Origin: Phoronis australis
Taxonomy: Eukaryota > Animalia > Phoronida
NCBI GenBank assembly: GCA_002633005.1
Contig: NMRA01000756.1
Coordinates: forward strand, 1-33,994
Direction: 5' to 3'
DNA length: 33,994 nt
Shown: one piece after another, positions 1 to 12,000 of the stretch
How the letters are laid out: each line of letters starts with the position of its first letter
Position numbering within the stretch: the stretch's first letter is position 1
Notes under the pieces: model-generated
Database searches by the model: none
The model's input: the letters and a program-made list of their open reading frames with translations, nothing else
Told to the model about the DNA's origin: nothing
Made by a program: the position numbers and the translations under genes

Positions 1-56
1 TGAGTGTGCCCTCTGGCCTTAGTAAATTCTTCCTCTGTTTTGAAGATGTCTCGTGT
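1..56 (-). CDS. SDR coding exon 5 (partial, truncated by the window edge)
   Basis: Polypyrimidine acceptor ttgttctctttcag; phase 0 gives TRDIFKTEEEFTKARGHT, plausible just before the usual PxGR...EVA C-terminal SDR motif. Confidence 0.72.
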
Positions 57-3000
57 CTGAAAGAGAACAAGGCATTCGTTATTTGTATAAACAACTTGCG
101 CGAAATAGTCATGACAGACCTTATATTCTTGTCAAATTGCATGCTTCAATGTTTGGCGATAACTGGAGACAGTGGCGACAATTGGAACAGGTCTCAGTAA
201 CACTAGGAACTCGCTAAAAAGCAAGGCTTTGCGAGATTACGTGAGACGTTGCCATAAATTTTTAACGAGAACGCGTGATGCTGGTAAGATTTTAGGGTTA
301 CTGAATTCTACCCTGGTTTAGGATGGCGTGCAATCTCCATAGTGCTGGTTCTTCCTCTCCTTCTTCTTCTTGGTCCAAATGACCATACCCTCTCCAGAGT
401 ATTGTGTCACTGTATAACAATGAAGATGAACACAGACAAAAACATTTATAACGCGTTTTAACAAGAGAAACGCGGAGCGTTGAAATGCGCCCACGAATAC
501 ACCGCTAACGGTGTGCATCTAGGGTGTAATTTGGAACATAAAAATGGCAACTAGATGGCCCAAAATAAGTCGAATCCATCCGAAAAGTTGTATGTGTCAT
601 CAAAGCTATTTACCAAATTTCATAAAAATCCGTCAAGGAAATTCTGAGAAAACAGAGGAAAACGAAAAAATGAAATTGCCACCAAGAGGCTATAAGCGCA
701 AAAAACGTAACTGAGGCACAAAAGTATATAAAGTCCTCGGAAAATCATCATCAGACTTCCTCTTACCATTAGGAACATAAATACCAATTTCCACAACCAT
801 CCTTAGAGTGGTTTGGTTGACAGAGGTGCAGATGTCAAATAATAAGACTCAAAAACAGCAAAAATGGTCACAAGGTGGCGCAAAATGCCTCAAATTTTAC
901 CGAAAACGGGATTATAGGGTCACCTCACTAATAGATGCCTAACTGCCAAATTTTATGAAAATCCACTGAGGACCCTTTAATATACAGAGGTAAACGTAAA
1001 CGTAAAAAACTAAAATTGCCGCCGGTCCGAAAGTCGTCATTCTCTATTATTAACTTCATATAAATACACCAGCAAAATTCAATAAAAATCATATACAAAT
1101 TACCTAAACTACAAGGTCAACGGACTCATAAACACGACTGACGGACCTGCAAACACCGTCCACTGACTCACAAACACGGGAACGGACTCGCAAAACACGA
1201 TCCACACACCCAAATACACGGACACGGACTCATATTCACGAGGAAACACGGTTAACGGACCGCCATACACTGGTCACGGACAAAATGAAGATGTCAGCTG
1301 ACCCAGAAAGCCGATGAGTCCGTGACCCGTGATTGGCTGTCCGTTAACCGTGTTTTGTGAGTCCGTTCTCGTGTTTGTGAGTCAGTGGACAGTGTTTGCA
1401 GATTCGTGAGTCGTGTCCATGCGTCCGTGCCCGTGTAGTTTATGTACCTTGATATAGAGCATTTAGGAGATACAACCATGGGCGCAAAAACACACAAAAC
1501 TGCCACTAGAAGGCGCCATAGTAATCCAAGTAATCGGAAAATCATCGTCAGTCGCCCTCTTCACAGTAACAAAATACATGCCAATTTTCAAAATCATTCT
1601 TGAGACAACATCTCACGTGCTTTACTCATGACGTTGATCCATGATACATACAGGAAGGAGGAAATAAATGAGGATACTACACACGTCGATTTCTCCTCGC
1701 GAACTACAGGTATGATTGTCCAATTCATTAACAGATCACTGTCGAAGATCTCTAGACTTCGGCTATTTTGTTTCTCTCGAGGGGTAAGCTATGTTAAACG
1801 TATTCAGAATGCAGTCGACTAATCAGTACCAACAACTAACTAGCATGTAAGCAAACTATACTTACGATTCCAGTCCAAGTCCAACCCGGACTTACGCAGT
1901 TGACTCTCACGCCTGAAGTCGCTAAATCCAGCGCCATGCATTTACTCAACATTAACAACCCAGCTTTAGACGCGTTATATACCGATTGGTTCGGCTGGGC
2001 ATCCACAGCCGAAATGCTCGTGATGTTGACGATGGAACTTTCTGACCCACCTGAAAGTCCATATTAATAGCAAAGACACTATTTTCACACCAAGATTGTA
2101 TTTTCCTCCATCGCATCACGAATTAATGACTGCGTTAATGATCGCAATAGGTAAATAAATACGGATTTAGACAGCCCATAATATAACTTTTCCGACACAT
2201 GTACGAGTGATAGTATAGCCACGAAATAGGGATGGTATTTTGAGGTTTGATATGGGAGAACTACTTTTTTGTATTCAACGCGCGTTGAATACGGATGCCT
2301 TCTTTCACATCAAAATTTCAGCCTGTAAACACAATACACTACAATAGTTGGGAACATGATTGTATACATAGCATCACTTTGAATTCAGCTCCGTGGTAAT
2401 ATTTTCAAATGCCAACATTTTATGTAATTGTTACAATTTTTTGCCTTGGAGTTATGGCTAAATTAAATTATCCACGAAAGGGACAGAATCAAAGTTTCTG
2501 ATGCTGACGGGTTGTGTTTACCACCTTAGTAGCGAATGACAATTTAAAGACATTGTGGTTGAACGTATTTTGAAGAGCTAGAATCTGAAAGGAATATAAT
2601 TGTTCCAAAGACGTCAAACCTGTCTGAAATAGTGGTGGTAGCAACTCCACAACCCGTAACGTGTATGCGTAGAGTGGGATGCCTAGGCGGGGAAATAGAA
2701 AATATTTTGCCACTCTGAAAGGACACGGTCCTTTTGCTTATACCGGCTCTAGGTCGATAATTTAAAGGAGCAACATTTCGAAAAAAGCTGACTGGGGGCC
2801 TTTCGGACTTCTTTTTCTATTATCTTTTAAGACCAATTAAAATTGCTATTTGGTCAATCGTCGTTAGTCCGAACTAAGAACCAGGTTCCTATCTCCGAAG
2901 CACATATAAACAAAGACAGAGACTGGACATTCTAGTATTAATGGACGTGAAACCAGATGTCTCATGAGGCGCCATTTTTGTGTTGCAGCTCGCTGTCAAC

Positions 3001-6000
3001 AACACGCGTGGTTGTAGACAAAAAAGGATCTTTGGTATGGCCTATTTAAAATATGAACGATTTGATGAAGTTGGCCAAAGAATGATCATGGAAGCAAAGG
3101 AGCGTGCAGAGTACCAGACATATAGTCGAAGAGAATTGGTTGCTATGGCGACTCCAATTAAAGTGTAAAGTGCAGTTAGCGTTTAAAGACCCATTGTCAT
3201 TCTCCGTCCTTAATGCGCACTTATAGTTTTCACTAAACAATGTACATACACAAAACGTACCGAGAGTGGCGTATATGAAGTAATATCCCACGAGATATTA
3301 TTACGTGTATCAACCGAGACCGAAGGTAGGTTTTCTATTTATCTCATACGCTTCGAATCCCTAAGTTTCTTTAAAGAGGAAATTGCAAGGTCCAAACCAA
3401 TCTGAACAACAATATGGTCTAAATTCTAGTTTATAATTATCATTGCTATATTCTTAACATTAACTGAATTGTACGCCGCTATACAAAGTTATTTACATAT
3501 TTAGTGCAGTGGTGTTGTAACGCCATCGTTGTAACGGAGAATAGAAACGGCGTCATTTTCGTTCGTTACACATCTGTGACGTGGTGTTGGGGAACACAAA
3601 GGAAGCAATGTGTGTCCAAGTGAGTACAGCAGCGAAGATGAGGAATACTTTGAACGACACAGGGACGGACAGGTGGACTTTTCAGATGATTCCGACCTTT
3701 CGGACGTGGAGGTAGAGGTGACAGATTCCAATAGGAACAATATGTGTTCACAGCTCTTCTGTAGTGGAGCCGTTCTCCCTCGATCCCTTTCTTTCCTTTC
3801 TCTGGTCGCCGAAGACTCACTCCCAGCGGGTTCGTCCTGTGAAAGTCAACAGGCTGAAGGTGCACCGGAGTTGCGATTAGATGTTAGTGATTGGTAAGAA
3901 TGTTATCATTATGTATTCTACAACCGCGAATTATAACTTGGTCTTTTTTAATTCAAAAGTAGGTGCTTTACCAGTAAGTCCCAGGCGCCCATATCCCCAT
4001 TGGTGAATCGTGTTTCAGCCGAGGATAAATAACAGGTTCAGTGATAAAACTGAGACTCAGGTTCGAATTATGGGTTTCGCTGGCATGCAATATGAGCATT
4101 GAACAAAATTGGCTCTTACTTCTCCGAGACTGAGCGGGGTGTTACTAGTGAGTGAATAAATGTATGCAAAGGAATGAATGAGAACCGTTTTGGAATAATC
4201 GACTGTGAATTGTAAAGAAGAGGATGAAAGAATTGCAATTTTATTGTTTAGACTTTCTCACCTTGGTGCTGGGGGAGGGCATAATTCTATAGGTTATAGA
4301 ACAAGTCATTTCATTTTCGTACTCAAGTCAACTCGGACCTATATCAATCTACACATGTGTTCCAAAACAGTTTTATTTTGTAAGGCGATGCTTGAAATGG
4401 AAACAACCATTTCATGTCGATGTGCATTGACCCAATGTTGCCATTATTCATCAATGAAATATGGTACACGGCTTGCTTACGAGTCGACTTGGGTAGGAAC
4501 CGCCTGGTAAAGTGTCTATAGAGTAAAGAGAGCATACCATTGGATTGGTGATTGCCCATATAGCATATCAAGAATTTTTAATGTATACTGTAATATTTAA
4601 AATATGGGCGACCCTTTGAGTGGCAACACTGCTTTTCAAGTTGGTTTGCCCCATTGTCATTGTCTAGTTTGATTAATGTATGTGGGTGCCGATAGGATTC
4701 AGATTGGGAGAACAGGTCTCACGACTACATACAAAACAGTCCCCTCCATCAATGAATCAGGGCAACTACCTTTTGTCTTAGGGTGAGCTAAAAATCAAAC
4801 AACTAATGTCCATTACTATGTCCCCCGGGCATGATCTACCACTGCCTTGGGTGTAGCACTATTCATTTGTATGAAAAGTAAATATCTTTACTATACATGA
4901 TCAATTTGTACAAAAAATAAATAGGTTGTGATGTTCCAACCAATTTTCCTGAAAACTGAAGTCGTATGTACATGTAGACCCCTCAATGTGGTAGAGGCAC
5001 TCTTGGTAAATTTTTCAATTCGAAATTTTGATGTTTACTGAAATAATGTATTATTGTTGACACATCTTGCAGGTGCACCTGGGGCAACTGTCAGACAACC
5101 TCATATGTTGAAGAAAGAGTATGTTGCCAAGAGGTTGACAAGGTTGTTGCAAAACTTGATGAAGAAATTAAGCGTGACAACTAACACAGAAGAAAAATGT
5201 ATTGTGGAGCATGGGGGTTTAAATCTCTATACATCAATCGTGGTGTTTTGGAGACTGCATGGTTGCAGTACAAAAGCCAATATCCTGATGGCTATGGATA
5301 AAAGGATTTGGCATGTGGCCTACAGACAGTTCCAAAGATGGGTACACGGTCACTTAGGACGAACAGTCTGTGTTGTCATTCCAGCATGCGCAGTAGCCTG
5401 CATCAGAGCTTTCTACCCTCCGCCAGGAAATGAGGAAGACCGAGTTCCAAGGATTTTCTTAAAAGTTTCACCCATTTATAGATATCAACAGTTGTCTTAG
5501 CACTGGAATGCCAACTCCTCCACATGACCTATGTATTCTATTATAAAAACTTGTGACTCGGGGACTAGTTTTATGTAATTCAAACGAGTTGCAAAAAGTT
5601 GTAGTGACAAATTACATAGAAAGATCAAACATCGTAACAAACGAATGCAATCGCAGTGCAACCTCAGCGGTATGAAATTGAAGTAGGCATTCCGTGAATA
5701 GACTTCTGTGGTTTCAGAATGGTAAATAATTAACACAGCGAGTAGCATTTATTGATGCTCATCAATCTGGTTACTTATAATAACATGGTCATGACAAGTG
5801 TAATTTAACTAGGAATACATTATAAACCTCTAAACTCAACATCAGTTGAACTTATGATTTACCTAGGTAAACAGAGGAATTGGTTTCATTGGAGTCCAGC
5901 TTGTGTGCTTGAAGCGAACACATTGAACAATATGGCTGTTACATAAAAATTTAAAAGTTTTGAATCTGGGCCATAGTCTGAAGTCGAGACTGAATCTTCT

Positions 6001-9000
6001 GCCCTCTTCTTATACAGTAGAACTCTCTAAATTGGTAGCGCTTCAGTGGGAACTTTAGAAAGGTTAGCATTAATTCCGCAGTAACGCCTCCAAATAACTC
6101 TAACTTTGATGAAATATCTCAGTCTCACTGGATACAACTTAGCGAGTACTACTGCAATTCAATGAGAAATCAAATAACACGACACAGCAACCACTGAATC
6201 TCAACCCAAACGCTCCAGTATGCAATAGCTTTAGATGTCTATGACATGGTGTGAAAACACAAAAAAGTATGCACATGAGTAGGAATTGGGAAACCTGGAG
6301 GGAGTGCTTATACCACTCACTTAAAAATTCCCAAGACAATGTTCGAATTCTGTGCAAGTGATTATTCTGTGTACAATTTAGATGAGATTGTCGCACGAAA
6401 AGACTGACGACCCAAACAAGTACCTTTTCACCCCCATTTAAGAAAGTCTTCCTTTACCGACCCACTGTATGGGACAGCAACAGTTTAGTGCAAATCAAAT
6501 ATACTTAAAAAAGCTATGCCGCAATATTTATAGTTTTTTTATTTTTTTTATTCTCCCACTTCAACATAAGTAAGGACAAAGGTCTGGGGTTCCCTTGCCT
6601 TACTTTACAATTCAATGAAAATAAAGTATACTAAGTTAAATGTATACTTGAACCGGATTTTGAAATACATTTAACAAAAAGAAAACAAAAACATACAAGC
6701 CAATGTAGTAGTATATGGCTCTGAAAAAAGGGGGGAGAGTATTTTGGATTGATAAAATATCCTTACATTGCTATCAAATTATGCAGTTGTGACCACCTGT
6801 TTGTAAATTTTTCCATTTGTAAATTTTTTGAATAAATATGTTTTTCACTGGAGTAATAAATGTTAATTTCTTTTGTTAATACAATTAAATTTGGAGGTTT
6901 ACCCTTGAGACGTTGCTTATATAAATGGAACTTGCTGAGACACAAGATTAAATTTTGAATTGGCTGGCTTCTGTTTCCAAAGAAAACTGTAAGCACATTT
7001 GTACCTAGGGAAATATTAGTTTTGTTTCTAACCCAACCTTCAACATTGTTCCAAAAAATTTGAACAACATCACATTGCCAGTATAAGTGAAGCAAAGTCT
7101 AAGGTTCAGTCTTACAAAACGTACACAAGGGGGAGTTACTTACCCCAATTTTGACAAGATAAGAGTTACAGCTAATTATCCTATGTGACAGTCTAAACTG
7201 AAACCAACAAAGTTTCACGTCAAGTGTAAAATTCAGAAAGTAGGCATATTTCCACCATTCAATAGTGTCAGGTATTGCAAGTTCTGCCTGCAACTTCATC
7301 TCAGGCCTAGGCCGGGCATATTTGTTTAGCACAAAAGTGTTATATATATATGTTTTGTTCCCTTCTTGTCTGCAAGTAACAATCTCACAAAAATTGGGAT
7401 AGAGGGTGCGTAGAAGGAAAACTTGTCTCTTTTTGAGATTTTCCATTTTTGACAAACAGCCTCTTTGAGCCCATAAAAATTCAAAAATATTGGTCTAAAA
7501 TTGAACTTTTTGCAAAAACCTTCAAAAGATAACAAATATCCATGCTTGTGTAGTAGGTCTGAGATATAATAAACACCCTTTTCAAACTATCTTCTCCAAA
7601 ATACAGTTTTTCCACCAATCAATACATTAGTGTTATACCAAATTGGCTGATATGGTATTTCCTCCTGATCTACTATATTAGAAAAATCATACAGAAAGTT
7701 AAATAGTTCCTTCCAAAAAGATGCTGCATATTTGTAGAAATAGTTCCCAAATTTTAGACACTCCAATGATATCAAATCAGTGTTTAAGATGAGATTTAAC
7801 CATGCTGTAGAATTTGTGGCTTTTAAGATCCTACGCATCCATGTTATCTTAATTGCCTTTACAAAAGAGTAAACATTTATCATTTTACAACCACCCATTT
7901 CATAATGTTGAATCATGGTTTTGCGCCCAATTTTGTCACACTTTCCTCCCCAACTATAATGAAAAAACAGTTTTTCTAAATCTTTACAAAACAGATTGTT
8001 AGGGATTGGCAAACATGATAAAACATGAATCAGTTTTGGTAGAAGAAATAATTTGACCACTGTAACTTTACCAAGAGTACTTAAGTTTCTTTTTGACCAT
8101 CTCATAATATCAACCAACTTGCGATCAAAATTTAAATTACTCATTTCCTGGATGTCAGTAGAAAAACAATCCCGAGCATACTAAACTGTGAGGTAGACCA
8201 TTTTAAGTCCTTTTCAGAACATACCCTTGAATTACTTTGCCTCGTAGAACCTATCCAGACACAAGATGTTTTTTCTAAATTAGGAGTTAGACCTGAATAC
8301 TTTGAGAACTAGTCAAGCAGATCAAGAGAGTTTTTTAATGATCTTTCGGAACCATCGAGTATGATAGCAGTGTCATCTGCATATTGAACTAGTTTAAATT
8401 CTTGAGCTCTAATCTGTATACCTTTTATATTTTTGTTTTTCCTAAAGAGATTTCCCATAATCTCAGCACATAGTAGAAAAAGATAGGGAGATAAAGGGTC
8501 TCCTTGTTTACAGCCTCTACCCATTTCAAAGAATTGAGAAGTTTTCCATATTGAATTACACAAGCCATAGCTCCCTCATTGAGCAACGATGCCCACTTTT
8601 TGATATTTGGGCCAAAATTAAAAAAGACAGGGTTTTTTGTAGAAATACCCAGGAAACTGAATCGAACGCCTTCTCAAAATCCACCAGGACTAGTAATCCA
8701 GGGATATTCACTTGGTCAGTTGCACAGATAAGATCATAAATTAATCGAATATTTTCGCCAAGAAATCTACCAACAATAAAACCTTTCTGGTTTTCGTGGA
8801 TCAAGCAATTTAAGACAGACTTAACACGTTCAGCAATACACGCTGAAATTAATTTATAATATATATTGAGCAATGAAATTGGCCTCCAGTTTTTGAGTAG
8901 TTCTCTAGGTTGGTTAGCTTTTGGAATAATTTGGATCACACCTTGTTTTACAGCGGATGGTAGGGAATTCTGTGAAAACATACAATTAAAAGCTGCCACT

Positions 9001-12000
9001 AAATCATCTCCCAAATCTGACCAGAAAAAAATTGTAAAATTGCACTGTAAAACCGTCGGGACCTGGGGTCTTATTATTTTTCATCTTTTTGAGAACAAGT
9101 AGAATTTCATCATAAGTAATATTTCCTTCCAATGAATGTCTTATATTATGTTCAAGTTTTGGTGAATCAGTGTTTTCTAAAATTACATCTAAATCATATT
9201 GGGAAAAGTGGTGATCTTTTGAGGCATAAGGATTGGAGTAAAATTTTTTTATTTCTTCCAGAATTCCCTTTTGACTACAGATCAATGTATCATTGTCGTC
9301 TATTAAACTTGAGATATTTTTATAAACAAAATTACGTTTTTCTAAATTACTAAAATATCTTGTTGGTTTTTCACCATTTCTATCCACTGAGCACGAGATC
9401 TCAATATTATACCGTCGATGTATTCCTTTCTAATTTCTTCATACTCGGCCTGAAGAATTTCTAGCCAATCACTAAAAAATTGAGAATCAGTATTGTGAAC
9501 GAACTGGTGGACAGTATTTATTAATCTTTCTAAACGTAGTTTTCTGTTTTTCTTTTCTTTATTTTTGAAAGCACTATATGACAGAGTGAAGGATCTAATG
9601 TTAAGTAAGAACATGTTGAACAGTAAAGCTTCGTCAATATCAAAAGCATATACACTTTTGGTGTCTTGAATAATAATTTTTACTTGCTCCACATACTTTT
9701 TGTCCCGGAGTAGAGAATTATTAAATTTCCATAAGCCTCTGCCACGTTCAAAAGAGTGCAATTTTATTTCCAACCGAATGGCTGAATGGTCAGTTCTGTA
9801 GCCCGGAATTATCTCTACTGTGTTTAACAAAGATAATAACTCGTCGGAAATTAGAAAAAAGTCAAGGCGAGATTTCTTAACTGGATTTTTCCTACTCCAT
9901 GTAAAAGAGGAACAGTCCGGATTGTAAACTCTCCAAGGGTCAACTAAATTAAATGTTTGCTTTAAATTTAGAACTGCTTGTCTAGCCTGAGGATTGTTCA
10001 GATTGAAATAACCAAAACAGTCCCGGTCATAATCTTGGACCAAATTCCAATCTCCACACAGAACAATAAATTCGGAGTTGAACAGAGAGATGCGATCTGC
10101 AACATTTTTCATAAAAAAGTGGAGAATCTTGGTTAGGACCGTATATGCAGGCAAGCGTAACTGTGATAATTTTTTCCAGCACTATTTCAATAATTAATAG
10201 ATTCCCTTTCTCATCATTATAGCTATTTGTAATTTCATTATTATTAATTAGGATAGTGACACCCCGTGCATCCCTTCTACCTGGACTCACAAAAATGTCA
10301 AAGCCCCACTGGGCCCTAATCATATCATGGTCTGATTCTATGAAATGTGTGTCGTGCAGACAATAAATATTATATTTTTCCCTTTTAGGTAATTAAAAAC
10401 ATCCTTACGTTTTTGAAAATTTCGTAAACCTCTGCAGTTTAAAGACAAAACGTTAATCATCTTTTAGATACTAGGTAAATGTCAATGAAAAGACAAGGAT
10501 AAGCAGATTCACAGACCTGTAAGCAAAAACTCCAATATATGACTTCCGAGCTATGTGATAAGTAGGTCTTATAAAGGCAATATTTCCCTTCCCAGATATA
10601 AGTCAATGTTACATAGTTACAAAACTCTAAAAACACAAATGCAAAAACCTTCCCTAGCATCCTGGTTCGCGGGCGTGGGAGAGAATTTTGTACATCCAAC
10701 CGGAAAAAATGACAAAATAGACAAGTAGCACTAACAAAACATAGTTTGATCTCAGCTTCTAGTTTAATACAGAAAAGATACAGAAAAGATAAGTACCGAG
10801 GGTAAGTCAGAGCCACGCCAGCGCAGATGCACTATAAACATCCAGTAAAGCCTGCTGAGACTTGCCATAATCAAATCCCTGTTACTGAGATAATAAAAAA
10901 AGAAAAACAGGTAAAAGCAATAAGGCGCTGGCATTAACATCTAACATTGGCCAATGAGAATACTTAAATAGTGACTAAATACAAAGTACTGGGATGTAGT
11001 TACGCTGTAAATTTTCTCCATAGTTCTTCCTTGCTTTTTCGTACCTCCAACCAAATCATATCAGGAGCTTCCTTGAAGCGTGTGAACATCTTCTGCTGCT
11101 TTCTCAAATCATAGGCAATGTGTGCCAGCTCTCCTCTCTTTTGCTTTAACACTGGCGGCAGGTCGGTACGGACAGCAAGACCCTTCTCTCTCAACTTTGA
11201 CCCAGCAGCTAGAATGTTGTTTCGGTCAATCATCATCACAAATTTAACAACAATTGCTCTAGAAGCATCTGGGTTTCTGGACTGCTGAGGTTTCGGCAAT
11301 CTGTGGCAGTTAGAAAACATGAGCGAGTTCACATAACTGTGCTGAAGTAGAAGTTTTTTTTCTATGAAGCCTTTGACTACCTGTTCAACATTATCAATGG
11401 CTGTGTCACGGATGGGTTCATTTATACCGTAGTTCAAGAGATTATATCTCCTAGACCTCCATTCATCATAAGCTAAACGCTTTTTGCAGAATGTCAACAT
11501 AGTCAAGCCTACGGAGGTTTGCCTCTTGAATTTTATTTTCCACTGCGTCTAGTTTGTTAGAAATAAATTCTTGTGATGTTTCTAAATCCAACATTCTGTC
11601 CTCAACCTTAGAAAATCTATCAGAGAACAATGCTTCCAAACGGGTAGTTGACTCGATAATTAGCGACTTCAATTCGGACAAAGTTACCGTTCCCTCAGAA
11701 TCTGAGCTCAGTTCCACCGGCGTGGAAACTGTCATGTCGGCCTCACAGTCACTGGCGATAGCAACATTACCAGAGCTTTTACTGGTTGAAGCGTTTTCCT
11801 CCGCATTCGTTTCTTCTTGTATTGCGCTTTGTGAACGAAGTGCTTTTCGTTGACTCTTACCCGGCATAGTTTTCAAAATTATTGACAAAATTCCCAGGAA
11901 GACCAATTAGAGCGCCGTCATAGGCCGAGACCGGAACCGGAAGTGTCGCAATATTTATAGTTATTGTATTGAAGAACCATTGAAATGTTTCCAGGTGCGG

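Larger units (their letters stand above)
6536..11946 (-). mobile_element. Full-length, decayed L1/Tx1-clade non-LTR retrotransposon
   Basis: 16-bp TSD cgcaatatttatagtt (6520-6535 and 11947-11962); poly(A) tail at ~6534-6552; 5' end ACACTTCCGGTTCCGG; ORF1, ~540-bp spacer, ORF2. Confidence 0.95.

Noticed and set aside
2762-3190. Complete second Kolobok MITE (TTAA|AGGAGCAAC end) and a 62-aa ORF
   Set aside because: No matching opposite TIR was found and the ORF has no recognisable motif.
4035-4180. tRNA gene or tRNA-derived SINE (GGTTCGAAT B-box)
   Set aside because: The A-box is degenerate and no cloverleaf can be built; at most an old SINE remnant.
5054-5500. Functional P2X7 receptor gene
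   Set aside because: Only the ballast-like domain is present, with no transmembrane or ectodomain exons; it is frameshifted and lies inside transposon TIRs.
10457-10816. 119-aa minus-strand ORF as a third Tx1 ORF
   Set aside because: Lies in the T-rich inter-ORF spacer, has a non-ATG start and low-information hydrophobic composition.
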